Source of the DNA: an uncultured Gemmatimonadales bacterium
GTDB lineage: Bacteria > Gemmatimonadota > Gemmatimonadetes > Gemmatimonadales > GWC2-71-9
Direction of reading: 5' to 3'
Assembly (NCBI GenBank): GCA_963821525.1
Contig: CAWGED010000014.1
Location: forward strand, 81,960 to 145,959
DNA length: 64,000 nucleotides
A program made the translations under genes and the position numbers. The notes below the pieces were generated by a model. The model was not told where the DNA came from, made no database searches, and worked only from the letters and a program-made list of their open reading frames with translations. Below are positions 37,099-46,961 of this stretch, piece after piece (position 1 is the first letter of the stretch; each line of letters starts with the position of its first letter).

Positions 37099-38617
37099 AG
37101 CTTTCCTGTTGGCTCAGCCAAAGGTGGATGGCCGCGTAGGCCCGCCAGGGCCGCCATTGCTCGGCGCGGGCCAGGAGAAGGCGTGGGCTGGCGACTCCGG
37201 CCGCTCGCTGCAGCGCGCGGTCCGAGGCGGGAAAGGCGTCGGGCCAGCCCAGCGCGTGCATCACGATAGTCGTGGCGAGCCGGTCTCCGACGCCGTGGAC
37301 CTGCAGCAGAGCATCGTGGGTTCCTGCGAGAGGACTGTGGGGGGCGAGATTCAACGACCCATCTTCAACTGCTCGAGCGACCGAAGCGAGAGCCGCGGCC
37401 TTGGGTTGAGGCACACCTAAGGCAACGAGGCCGCTAACTCCCGCCTCGGCGACTCGAGCCGAACTCGGCGAAAGGAGGGTGAGTTCCGGGTCGCCGGTCG
37501 GGAAGGATTCGCCTAGCTCCGCAACGACGCGGTGGATGAGGGCGGATGCCTTCGCCGAGCGGGCAGCTCCACGAAGGATGGTGCGCAGCGCGACCTCGAA
37601 TCCTTCCAGCGCGCCAGGGAGGCGAACTCCCGGGTGACGACTCACCAGCGGGCCCAGTCCTCCCTGGGCGAGGTGCGCGTCGATCACTGTTGGCTCGGAA
37701 TCGAGGTCGAACAAATGGCGCAGCCGGGCCAACAGCGGCATGAGCACAGGAACCAGCGCCGGTGAGATGTCGATGGTGAGATGGAATCGCGAATCGCGGC
37801 GGGAATCCCCGTTCTCTGTACCATTCCCCACGAAGACCACTCCACGCCGGCCATCCAGCTCCACCGTGCGGCCGTAGAGCCCGTCTCGCATCACCTCCAT
37901 GCCCGGCACCGCTTCGCTGGCGATCGTTCTCAGCAGGACATCCCACTCCAGCGGCGGGCGGTAGGCCAGAGTCAGCCGGACCAGATCATGGGCCGGGGCC
38001 GCGGCATCGGCTTCACGCGCGGGCTTGCTCGAATTTGGCCGCCGGCGCAGCGAGCTCGGACTCAGCCGGTATCGCTCTCGGAAGACCGAGTTGAATCGGC
38101 GCAGGCTCTGGAAGCCGGCGGCAAAGGCGATGCGGGTTACCGGGAGCGACGTGTCGGCGAGGAGGCGCTTGGCGAGCAGCAAGCGGTGAGTCTGGGCCAG
38201 TTCGACCGGGGATACGCCGATCTCCCGCTCCAGCGCGCGACGCAGGTGGCGCTCGCTGACGCCGAGCTCGCTTGCCAGCGAGGCGACATCGTGTCCGTTC
38301 AGGGCGCCGGCCTCGATGCGGTACGCCGCCACTCGAGCCAGCCGGGGCACGGCATCCATCAGGGCCCGCCCCGGCGCCAGCTCCGGCCGGCACCGGAGGC
38401 AAGGGCGAAAGCCAGCCCGCTCCGCCGACGCAGCGGTTTCGAAGAACCGCCGGTGATCGTGATACGACACCCGAGCCGGACAGACTGGCCGGCAATACAC
38501 CTTGGTCGTGATGATGCCGACGTAGAAGATCCCATCGAACCGCGGGTCGCGGGCGCCAAGTGCGCGCTCCCACGCGTCAGTAGTGGGCATCCTCGCCTGG
38601 GGGATCGGGCTGCTCAT
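37097..38617 (-). CDS. alkA: AdaA-AlkA fusion (Ada Zn domain + AraC HTH + AlkA_N + 3-methyladenine glycosylase)
   Basis: YCRPVCP..FRPCLRCRP, AGFQSLRRFN, LAYRPPLEW, DAFPASD, WRPWRAYAAIHLW. Confidence 0.95.
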   Translation of the reverse strand: MSSPIPQARMPTTDAWERALGARDPRFDGIFYVGIITTKVYCRPVCPARVSYHDHRRFFETAASAERAGFRPCLRCRPELAPGRALMDAVPRLARVAAYRIEAGALNGHDVASLASELGVSERHLRRALEREIGVSPVELAQTHRLLLAKRLLADTSLPVTRIAFAAGFQSLRRFNSVFRERYRLSPSSLRRRPNSSKPAREADAAAPAHDLVRLTLAYRPPLEWDVLLRTIASEAVPGMEVMRDGLYGRTVELDGRRGVVFVGNGTENGDSRRDSRFHLTIDISPALVPVLMPLLARLRHLFDLDSEPTVIDAHLAQGGLGPLVSRHPGVRLPGALEGFEVALRTILRGAARSAKASALIHRVVAELGESFPTGDPELTLLSPSSARVAEAGVSGLVALGVPQPKAAALASVARAVEDGSLNLAPHSPLAGTHDALLQVHGVGDRLATTIVMHALGWPDAFPASDRALQRAAGVASPRLLLARAEQWRPWRAYAAIHLWLSQQES

Positions 38618-38623
38618 GTTGCC

Positions 38624-38675
38624 AATTTAGCTGTCGGAACGGGCTCCGGGCTCGCCGGAATCGGACCTGCAATCG
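38624..38675 (-). promoter_or_regulatory. Putative Ada-type box plus -10 (TAAATT) for adaA-alkA, probably leaderless
   Basis: GATTGCAGGTCCGATTCCGGC, 24 nt, TAAATT, 6 nt, ATG. Confidence 0.75.
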
Positions 38676-38713
38676 AGGGGACTCCCGAGCATCTCTCGGC
38701 TTCACAGGTTCGG

Positions 38714-38763
38714 GATTGCAGGTCCGATTCCGGCCAGCGTCGTGGCCCCTGAAGTCGTACGAT
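38714..38763 (+). promoter_or_regulatory. Putative Ada-type box plus -10 (TACGAT) for the NTF2-like gene
   Basis: GATTGCAGGTCCGATTCCGGC, 23 nt, TACGAT. Confidence 0.75.
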
Positions 38764-38794
38764 GAGACAGTTCCCGACTCCCAAGGACCTGACG

Positions 38795-39235
38795 ATGCGA
38801 ATCAATTCACTCTTCCCGCGGGCCAGGCAGGTCGAATCCCGTCCTCCCGTCCAACCTCTACCCGGCGAGATCCCTTCCGAGCTTCGGTCGTTGAATCAGG
38901 AGTATATCGACGCCGCACGCACCAATGACACTTCCTGGTTTCAAGAGTACCTGGCGGACGATGCTGTGATCGTCCTGGGGAATGCCCGCCGATACCGGAA
39001 GCCGCAGTTCCTGGCACTGCTGAATGATGAGCCGATCCGGTTCAGCTCGCTCGTTACGCGGGATGTCACCGTGCGGGTCTTCGGGGGAACGGTTCAGGTT
39101 GATGGCGATGCGATCTGGGAGCTGACCGACGGTTATCAGGGGATTTCACGTTACATCGATACTTACATCTGGCGGGACGGAAGGTGGCAGGTGATCTCCG
39201 CGCAGATCACCCTGCTGCCCCAAAGGGCCGACTGA
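38795..39235 (+). CDS. NTF2-like / DUF4440 family protein
   Basis: LNQEYIDA, DVTVRVFG, RYIDTYIWRDGRWQVISAQIT. Confidence 0.85.
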   Translation: MRINSLFPRARQVESRPPVQPLPGEIPSELRSLNQEYIDAARTNDTSWFQEYLADDAVIVLGNARRYRKPQFLALLNDEPIRFSSLVTRDVTVRVFGGTVQVDGDAIWELTDGYQGISRYIDTYIWRDGRWQVISAQITLLPQRAD

Positions 39236-39698
39236 ACACGGCGGACGACTTGGCGGGCGGACAAGTCCTCCTGAAGTAGGCATCCGCGTCGCACTTCTCA
39301 CCGGCGGGAAGCACACACGTTCCGGTCTCCACCGCCGTGTTGCTCTCACCCGTCTGCGAGTATTGGCCGCCGGTGATCCCGCAGAAACGAGCGGCCGGGG
39401 TCACGTAGCCCGTCACCTTGATCCCGCCGACGGGGCAGTGGCCACGAAGCATGGCCCACTCCTCACACTGATGATTTTCGGGGAAGCTGCAGACCCCGAA
39501 TTGCCCGCCGCTCGGATCCTGTTCGATAGCGAGAGTGCCTCCCTTATCGACGCAGTTCTTGGAGGCCGGATTGGCGAGCCGCACACCGGCTGTGTCCGAT
39601 GCAGGTTTATCTGCGGTATCCGGCCTTCTCCCGCAGCCTGCCAGCACCGCGGTGGCGAGGACAAGCTGCACGGCAATCCGCGCTCGATGTCGCTTCAC
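39207..39698 (-). CDS. DUF333 domain lipoprotein
   Basis: LAGC lipobox, LANPASKNCVDKGG, CEEWAMLRG. Confidence 0.85.
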   Translation of the reverse strand: MKRHRARIAVQLVLATAVLAGCGRRPDTADKPASDTAGVRLANPASKNCVDKGGTLAIEQDPSGGQFGVCSFPENHQCEEWAMLRGHCPVGGIKVTGYVTPAARFCGITGGQYSQTGESNTAVETGTCVLPAGEKCDADAYFRRTCPPAKSSAVFSRPFGAAG

Positions 39699-39699
39699 C

Positions 39700-40078
39700 T
39701 CACTTCTCACGGTTCCGCACTTGGTTACGCTCGGGATTCGCCAGCAGGCGCTCGGTGAAGTCCATCCGCTCGTGCAGCTCGGCCACTTCGGCGCGAAGGG
39801 CCTCGAGCTCCTGGAGGACCTCCTCAGAGAGCGACGCGTGTTGTTCGGGCTCGAACTCCCAGTTTGCCACGAGGCGACCCTCGGCGTCCCGGAAGCCACC
39901 CGCTGCTACGACGATGACATCGTACAGATACCAGATGCCCAGCTCCACCGAGCGTCGCCGCCATGAGAATGCCGGACTTGGTGCGGCCGGTATAGAACCG
40001 GTGCGCTCCGAAGGGGCCGAGGAGACTGGCAAGCAGGAGCGTGACGAGGCGAGACTTGTCAGAGTATTCCGAGCTCAT
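39700..40078 (-). CDS. TM2 domain protein with C-terminal coiled coil, frameshift near 39940
   Basis: KSRLVTLLL..LGPFGAHRFYTG; then GIWYLYD...ELHERMDFTERLL. Confidence 0.8.
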
Positions 40079-40175
40079 GGCCTAAGAAAATGCCGCGGGC
40101 CGAGGCCCGCGGCTAGTCGTACCGGAACTCATGCTCCGGCAGACGCTGGGCGCCTGCCGGAGTTGAGCTGCGTTG

Positions 40176-42200
40176 TTACTGCGATGCGGACTGCGTGGTA
40201 GCCAGGTCCTTAACCGACCCGGCCAGGGTACGGACCTTGGACTGATCGGTGGCGCCCGACACGTCCGCTTCGAGCTCGGTGGCGAGCTTGGTCAATGCAT
40301 CCGACCGGGCCTGCCCGGTGAGCTTCTCGGCCTGATCCAGCTCGGACCTCGCGGCCGACAGCTTGGAGGAAGACAGCCCCTTGTTACGCTCCAGCTGGTC
40401 GAGATAGGCCCGGGTGACGGAGAAGCTGGCCGGCCAGGTCAGCTTGGGCTGATCCTGAACGTTCAGGTACTGCAGGTGGACCGACTTGGCGGCTTCGATC
40501 TCATTCTTGGAGATGAGACCGCTCGGGGTGAGCTCGAAGACGTCCAGCCCGCGGGCGATCTCGGAGCTGTAGATGAAGCCGTTGTACCAGTACGCCGACC
40601 AGGATCCCGCCCCGACCATCTTGGTCGAATCCATCGGACCACGATCGAAGTAGGCGATCTCCTTGGGATGCGCCGGATCGCTCCAGTCGAAGACCGAGAT
40701 GCCGCCCTGATACCAGGCCTGAACCATGACGTCGCGGCCGGGGATCGGAATCAGCGACCCGTTGTGGGCGACGCAATTCTCGAACGGGGTCTGGGCCGCC
40801 GGCATCTTGTAGTAGCTGCCGAAGGTCAGCTTGCCGTCCTTGAGCGAGAAGATGGCGTCGGCTCCCCACTCATACTTGTCGGTGGCCCGGCAGCGAGGCT
40901 GGCCGCCGCCGCCCCATTCATCGGAGAACAGCAGCTTGGTGCCGTCGTTGTTGAACGTCGCCGAGTGCCAGAAGGAGAAGTTCGAATCGGACACCGCAAA
41001 GATCCGCTTCGGATTGGCGACGTCGTGGATATCCAGCAGAAGGCCGTAGCCGCCGCACGCGCCGCCGGCCAGTCCGATCGTTGGGTAGACCGTGATGTCG
41101 TGGCACTGGGTCGGGCCGGGCTTGGGAGCTCCCGGAACGGGAGGCGGACCGACGATCTTGGCCACGATGCCGGGGATGGCCTCGCGAAGCGCCGCGCTAT
41201 CGGCACCAGTCGGTGCTCCGGTGCCCCCCCGCGCCTTCACCACGCTGTCCAGCATTCCGTTGACGAATCCATTCGGCAGCACCATCTCCTGCCCGTTAAC
41301 CATCGCCGTGAATCCGCCCTTGGCCTTGGCCTCGGCCACTGCCTTGGCCTGGGCTGCCGAATCTTCCTTGGTCTCGCCGTGACGCGGCGGTCCGACCAGT
41401 GAATCGAAAATCCTCGGCGAGCTCACAATCTTCGCGTCCTGCGGCGAAGCCAGCGGAATCTTGATGACCTCGATGCGGAAGAGCGAGCTGTTCGGATTGG
41501 AATCAGGTGGAGCGGAGATGCAGCCTGGCAGCTCGTTGGGAGACCGCACCGGAGCCGAACCGGAGACGTAGATGTAGACGTTCTCCGAGTCCTTGGGATC
41601 CGACACCACGGTATGGGTGTGCGAGCCGCGGCAGGTCTGGACATTGGCGATGCTCTTCGGATTGGCGATGTCGCTGATGTCGAAGATTCGAATGCCGCGT
41701 AACCGCTCGGCGCTCACCGTGTCCTGCACGCCTTGCGTGCCGCAGTCCACCCGACTCCCCAGCCCTTCACCCGAGACGAACAGCAGGTTCTTGTAGACCG
41801 AGACGTCGCTCTGCGAAGCGGGGCAGAGGAAGGCATCCGCCAGGGTGGGCTGGGCCGGATTGCTCACGTTCCAGACCTGGTACCCGTTGTAGTTGCCTTG
41901 AATGACGTAATCCGCGTAGAACGTCATGTCGGAATTGGTGACCCCCGCGAAGTGCTCCGAGGCGGGAGTGTTGGAGACCAGCTTCAGGTTCCAGGCCGCC
42001 GTGCCGGCGTCGGTCTCACCGGCCTTGAGTCCCACCCGCGGATCGGGTTTCGGGGCTGTCGTGGACATGCCGGCGTTGGAAGCCGACGAAGAGGATCCGG
42101 CGCACGCCGAGAGAGTAACGAGGGCGAGCGTGAGCACGGCACAGAGCAGAGCCGCGACCCGGCGAGCGCCCTGACGCCGGGATTTCGATAGACGAACCAT
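40176..42200 (-). CDS. LVIVD-repeat beta-propeller lipoprotein
   Basis: LSAC lipobox, NSDMTF, GIRIFDISD, CRGSHTHT, CHDI, FWHSATF, NCVAHNG, AWYQGG. Confidence 0.88.
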   Translation of the reverse strand: MVRLSKSRRQGARRVAALLCAVLTLALVTLSACAGSSSSASNAGMSTTAPKPDPRVGLKAGETDAGTAAWNLKLVSNTPASEHFAGVTNSDMTFYADYVIQGNYNGYQVWNVSNPAQPTLADAFLCPASQSDVSVYKNLLFVSGEGLGSRVDCGTQGVQDTVSAERLRGIRIFDISDIANPKSIANVQTCRGSHTHTVVSDPKDSENVYIYVSGSAPVRSPNELPGCISAPPDSNPNSSLFRIEVIKIPLASPQDAKIVSSPRIFDSLVGPPRHGETKEDSAAQAKAVAEAKAKGGFTAMVNGQEMVLPNGFVNGMLDSVVKARGGTGAPTGADSAALREAIPGIVAKIVGPPPVPGAPKPGPTQCHDITVYPTIGLAGGACGGYGLLLDIHDVANPKRIFAVSDSNFSFWHSATFNNDGTKLLFSDEWGGGGQPRCRATDKYEWGADAIFSLKDGKLTFGSYYKMPAAQTPFENCVAHNGSLIPIPGRDVMVQAWYQGGISVFDWSDPAHPKEIAYFDRGPMDSTKMVGAGSWSAYWYNGFIYSSEIARGLDVFELTPSGLISKNEIEAAKSVHLQYLNVQDQPKLTWPASFSVTRAYLDQLERNKGLSSSKLSAARSELDQAEKLTGQARSDALTKLATELEADVSGATDQSKVRTLAGSVKDLATTQSASQ

Positions 42201-42256
42201 GGAGGATTCCAGTGAGAGTGAGGAGGTCTGCAGCACGACGGGTGAAGAAAGGGTCA

Positions 42257-42937
42257 TCACGGGTTAGTCCCTCCCGGGGGGAGCGCCGCGAGCATTTTGG
42301 TCATGCGTTCGATTTCGATGGTCTGATCGGCGCTCATGTCGGAAGTGAACTTGAAAACCTGGTCATCCTGGGCCGCGCCCGGGGAGGCGTACAGCTGCTG
42401 CACCATCGTGAGCGCGCCCTGGTGATGCTGAATCATGAAGGTCAGGAAGTTCCGGTCGAAATCGACTCCCTGCGACTTGTCCAGCTGGGTCAACTGCTCA
42501 GGAGTCAGCATGCCCGGCATCATCATGCTGTGCGACATGCCCGGCATCATGTCGTGCGAGGCATCTGCCTCGGGGACCGGCTGTCCCCGCTCCCGGAGCC
42601 AGCGCTGCATGGTGGCGATCTCATCGTTCTGTCCCACCACGATCCGCTCGCAAAGCGCGGTGAGTGACGGGCTGGCGCCGTGCGACGGAGCCCACCCGGC
42701 CATCAGTACCGCCTGTGCATGGTGGCCGATCATGCCGGTCATGAAATGAACATCCGCCGCGGTGTAGCGCTGGCGGATGCTGTCGGAAGCTGGTTTAACC
42801 GGCGGTGCGGCGGCCTGTGATCCCGAGGATGCAGCGGGCGCGGGAGCCGGGGCCGCAGACCCGGTCCCGTGACTACAGGCCATACCGGTCAGTGCCATGA
42901 GCACCAGAGCGGTACTTCGTTGGCTCGAATTTGTCAT
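42257..42937 (-). CDS. DUF305 (ferritin-like) lipoprotein
   Basis: DVHFMTGMIGHHAQAV, MIQHHQGALTMV, QTIEIERM. Confidence 0.92.
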   Translation of the reverse strand: MTNSSQRSTALVLMALTGMACSHGTGSAAPAPAPAASSGSQAAAPPVKPASDSIRQRYTAADVHFMTGMIGHHAQAVLMAGWAPSHGASPSLTALCERIVVGQNDEIATMQRWLRERGQPVPEADASHDMMPGMSHSMMMPGMLTPEQLTQLDKSQGVDFDRNFLTFMIQHHQGALTMVQQLYASPGAAQDDQVFKFTSDMSADQTIEIERMTKMLAALPPGGTNP

Positions 42938-43232
42938 GCTATGAGTCTCCCATTGGACTGACCCGGCTCGCCGGTGGTTGCGAAGGGCTCAGGAAGGGAT
43001 CTGGTTGTGGCGTGACCATATAACGCAGGGACCCACCGGGAGTTTCGGGGGAGGCAGTACCACCGCGCCTAGCCAAGAAAGTAAACGAGTGAACCAGTAC
43101 TGGTAGCCATATGTACCGCGCCGCCACGCCAGAGTTCCCTCAGTGGCTCAAGGATCTGGGTCACCGCTCCAAATGACCAAGAGCTAGACATTGCAATGAC
43201 TTAACCGAGCGGCCCAGCCGGCGTGCTTCCAC

Positions 43233-43259
43233 TGTCGATTTCAGGGCCCCTCATTCGAC
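43233..43259 (+). promoter_or_regulatory. ECF42-type promoter
   Basis: TGTCGA-N17-CGAC upstream of the yciI-yciI-sigma operon. Confidence 0.75.
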
Positions 43260-43334
43260 GTGAAGGTAGAGCAGTGGATGAGCCGGTCGAGTCCGGCCAC
43301 CCGGCTCCCAACCAAAACCATAGAGGAACCGACA

Positions 43335-43763
43335 ATGCGAGTCATGGTCCTGGTCAAAGCCGACAAGAAGAGTGAAGCCGGCGTCCTGCCGGATGAGAAG
43401 CTTTTGACCGAGATGGGCAAGTTCAACGAAGAGCTGGTCAAGGCCGGCATCATGCTGGAGGGGGAGGGTCTCCATCCCAGCTCCAAGGGTGCCCGGGTTC
43501 AATTCTCCGCTAACAGGCGCACCGTGATCGACGGTCCCTTCGCCGAGACGAAGGAGTTGGTCGCGGGCTACTGGATCTGGAAGGTGAAGTCGCTCCAGGA
43601 AGCGATCGATTGGGTGAAGCGTTGCCCCAACCCGACCGGAGCAGAGGGCGAAATTGAGATCCGGCCGATCTTCGAAGCGGGAGACCTTGGAGAGGGTTTC
43701 ACTCCCGAGCTGAGGGAGCAGGAGCAGCGCCTGCGGGCCCAGATCGATGCCCAAAGGTCTTGA
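43335..43763 (+). CDS. YciI/DGPF family protein
   Basis: DGPFAETKELVAGYW. Confidence 0.95.
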   Translation: MRVMVLVKADKKSEAGVLPDEKLLTEMGKFNEELVKAGIMLEGEGLHPSSKGARVQFSANRRTVIDGPFAETKELVAGYWIWKVKSLQEAIDWVKRCPNPTGAEGEIEIRPIFEAGDLGEGFTPELREQEQRLRAQIDAQRS

Positions 43764-43804
43764 GTCAGGCCCACTCTCTTTTAACCGGAAACGGAGCAAG
43801 CACC

Positions 43805-44218
43805 GTGCGATTCATGATGCTGATGATCCCCAAGGGCTATGAGAAGGCTGCCCCCGGCACCGCTCCGGATGCGGCCGCCGTGGCCAGGATGATGAAGTAC
43901 AACGAGAGTCTCCAGAAGGCCGGCGTTCTGCTCGCCCTGGACGGTTTGCATCCTCCTTCAATGGGTGCGAGAGTCTCGTTCCCCGGTGGGAAACCCAAGG
44001 TGACCGACGGCCCCTTCACCGAGGCCAAGGAGGTGCTGGGTGGTTACTGGATGATCCAGGTCGGCTCGAAGGAGGAAGCGATCCAGTGGGCTTCACGCGT
44101 CCCGGCATCGGAGAACGAGGTGATCGAGGTCCGTCAGGTGCAGGAGCTGTCTGACTTCCCGCCCGAGGTGCAGAAAGTGGCCGCGGGATTTCCCGACATG
44201 CAGCGGAGGGGCTCGTAG
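43805..44218 (+). CDS. YciI/DGPF family protein
   Basis: DGPFTEAKEVLGGYW. Confidence 0.95.
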   Translation: MRFMMLMIPKGYEKAAPGTAPDAAAVARMMKYNESLQKAGVLLALDGLHPPSMGARVSFPGGKPKVTDGPFTEAKEVLGGYWMIQVGSKEEAIQWASRVPASENEVIEVRQVQELSDFPPEVQKVAAGFPDMQRRGS

Positions 44219-44281
44219 CCTCAGCCCCGTCCGGCGGTAACGGCCTTGCACGGGAGAACCGGGCCGATCTGATTGGTGGCC

Positions 44282-45556
44282 ATGACGGCCACCGAGACCC
44301 ATCGCACCATCAACGCGGTCTGGAGGATCGAATCCGCCCGCATCATTGCGGGGATCGCGCGGATGGTGCGCGACGTTGGTCTGGCCGAGGACCTGGCCCA
44401 GGATGCTCTGGTGGCAGCGCTTGAGCAGTGGCCCGAGTCAGGCGTTCCGGACAACCCGGGCGCGTGGCTCATGGCGGTCGCCAAGCGACGGGCGATTGAC
44501 CAGCTGCGCCGCCGGACCCGCCTCGATCGGACCGAGGCAAAGCTTGCCATCGAGGTGGAAGCTCAGATGGAACGGGCGGCCCCCGATCCCGATTCGGCGC
44601 TCGATGACGACATCGGCGACGACATGCTGCGCCTCATGTTCACCGCCTGCCATCCGCTGCTCTCGACCGAAGCCCGAGTCGCCCTGACCCTGCGCCTGCT
44701 CGGCGGACTGACTACTCCGAGATCGCGCGGGCATTCCTGGTGCCCGAGCCGACCATCGCGCAGCGAATCGTGCGGGCCAAGCGCACGCTCGCCGAGGCCA
44801 AGGTGCCTTTCGAAGTCCCCCGGGGAAGCGAACGCGCCGACCGCCTGGCCTCCGTTCTGGAGGTGATCTACCTGATCTTCAACGAGGGCTATACGGCCAC
44901 CGCCGGGGAAGAGTGGACTCGGCCAGTGTTATGCGAGGATGCCTTGAGACTGGGCCGGATTCTGGCGGAGCTCGATCCGGCAGAGTCCGAGGTGCACGGA
45001 CTCGTAGCGCTCATGGAAATTCAGGCTTCCCGCCTGCATGCGCGGACTGGTCCCGAGGGTGAGCCGATCCTGCTGCTCGATCAGAATAGGGCGCGATGGG
45101 ACCAGCTCCTCATTCAGCCGAGGCCTTACGGCTCTAGAGCGGGCCGAGTCCCTCGGCGGAAACGTGGGGCCCTATGCCCTCCAGGCCGCGATCGCCGCAT
45201 GCCACGCCAGGGCCCGCGAGGCCCCCGACACCGATTGGGCCCAGATCGCCTCGCTTTACGCCGCGCTTTACCGCCTCATACCGTCTCCCGTGATCGAATT
45301 GAATCGGGCCGTGGCCGTTGGAATGGCGGAGGGACCGGCGGCCGGTCTCGAGGTGGTGGACCGGCTCATGGATGAGCCGTCTCTCAAGAATTACCACCAC
45401 TTGCCCGCGGTCCGGGGAGACCTGCTCGTGAAGCTGGGCCGCCTCGAGGAGGCGGGCCCGGAGTTCGAGCGAGCCGCGGCGTTGACCAGGAACGCTCGAG
45501 AGCGGGAGCTGCTGCTGGAAAGAGTGCGGGCCTGTTCGGCAGAATCCGGGAACTAA
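44282..45556 (+). CDS. ECF sigma factor with C-terminal TPR extension (ECF42 type), two frameshifts
   Basis: AEDLAQDA...[53 protein letters not shown]. Confidence 0.92.
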
Positions 45557-45849
45557 CCGCCTGCCATCGCTCCAACGACCAGAAACGGCTCCTCCCCTTT
45601 CACCACCGCCTCGGGCAGGGGAGTGTCTGGGGTTTCGTGAGAGAGATCCTGCTCACAGGCGAAGAACCGGACAAAGGATCGGCGACGTTGCGTAGCCTGG
45701 TCTCGAATGGTGCCGCGAAGCACCGGGTACGAGGCCTCGAGTGCGTCGAGCACCTTCCGCTGGGTCGCCGGTTCGGCGACGCGCACGGCGACTTCGCCAT
45801 CCACTTGCGCCAGGATCCGCAGATGCTGCGGTAGAATCACCCGGATCAT
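45553..45849 (-). CDS. MoaD/ThiS ubiquitin-like protein
   Basis: Beta-grasp pattern, C-terminal AMAGG. Confidence 0.9.
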   Translation of the reverse strand: MIRVILPQHLRILAQVDGEVAVRVAEPATQRKVLDALEASYPVLRGTIRDQATQRRRSFVRFFACEQDLSHETPDTPLPEAVVKGEEPFLVVGAMAGG

Positions 45850-46961
45850 GAGAGGGTCTGAACCTCGACCGAGAGTACCGGCGGGAGGTCCCGCACGATA
45901 GGCGCCCAGGTATCACCTGCGTCGGGAGAGGCGTAGACCTGTCCGCCGGTAGTGCCGAAATAGATTCCGCAGGAATCCAGCGAATCCACCGCCATCGCGT
46001 CGCGCAGTACGTTCACGTAGCAATCGCTCTGTGGCAGTCCCCGGGTCAATGCTTCCCATTGGTCGCCGCCGGTCCGGCTCCGGTAGACCCGAAGCTTGCC
46101 GTCGGGGGGATAGTGCTCCGAGTCGCTCTTGATCGGGACGACGTAAATCGTCTCCGGCTCGTGGGCATGCACGTCAATCGGAAATCCGAAGTCGGTCGGA
46201 AGGTTACCGCTCACCTCGCGCCACGATTCGCCCCCGTTGTCGCTGCGCATGACGTCCCAGTGCTTCTGCATGAACAGAACTTCAGGACGGGATGGGTGCA
46301 TCGCGATCCGGTGGACACAGTGTCCTACCTCGGCATCCTGGTCCGGGATCTGTGCCGATCGGAGCCCCTTGTTGATCGGGCGCCAGGTCTTGCCGCCGTC
46401 GTCACTTCGAAAGGCGCCGGCCGCGGAGATCGCGACAAACATCCGCCCCGGATTGGCTCGATCCAGCAGGATGGTGTGCAGGCATAGGCCGCCGGCACCG
46501 GGCTGCCACTTGGGACCTGACGTTTGCTCTCGGAGCCCGGGAAGCTCCTGCCAGGTCTGGCCTCCATCGCTCGAGCGGAACAAGGCGGCGTCCTCGATAC
46601 CGGCATAAACGGTGTCAGGATCGTCGAGCGACGGCTCCAGGTGCCAGGCCCGCTTGAACTCCCAAGGGTGGGGGGTCCCGTCATACCACTGGTGAGTGCC
46701 GGTCACGCCGTCGTACTCGAACTTGTTCCCCACTGCCTCCCAGGTCTTCCCACCATCGCTGGAGCGCTGGATCACCTGGCCGAACCAGCCGCTGCTCTGA
46801 GAGGCATACAGCCGGTTGGGATCCGCCGGGGAGCCTTTGAGATGGTAGATCTCCCAGCCGCCGAAGTGGGGCCCGCAGACCTCCCAGCGTGCCCGTTTTC
46901 CGTCCGCCGTCAGCAGGAAGGCGCCTTTGCGCGTGCCCACCAGTACTCGTACGCCGCTCAT
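45846..46961 (-). CDS. BNR/Asp-box repeat beta-propeller protein (no signal peptide)
   Basis: Repeated RSxDGGxTW boxes; LVGTRKG. Confidence 0.9.
   Translation of the reverse strand: MSGVRVLVGTRKGAFLLTADGKRARWEVCGPHFGGWEIYHLKGSPADPNRLYASQSSGWFGQVIQRSSDGGKTWEAVGNKFEYDGVTGTHQWYDGTPHPWEFKRAWHLEPSLDDPDTVYAGIEDAALFRSSDGGQTWQELPGLREQTSGPKWQPGAGGLCLHTILLDRANPGRMFVAISAAGAFRSDDGGKTWRPINKGLRSAQIPDQDAEVGHCVHRIAMHPSRPEVLFMQKHWDVMRSDNGGESWREVSGNLPTDFGFPIDVHAHEPETIYVVPIKSDSEHYPPDGKLRVYRSRTGGDQWEALTRGLPQSDCYVNVLRDAMAVDSLDSCGIYFGTTGGQVYASPDAGDTWAPIVRDLPPVLSVEVQTLS

Noticed and set aside
40173..41402. Long antisense ORFs (e.g. 40173-41402, 47869-48918, 22953-23885, 37781-38752)
   Set aside because: Shadow frames of well-supported genes in high-GC DNA, with no recognisable motifs.
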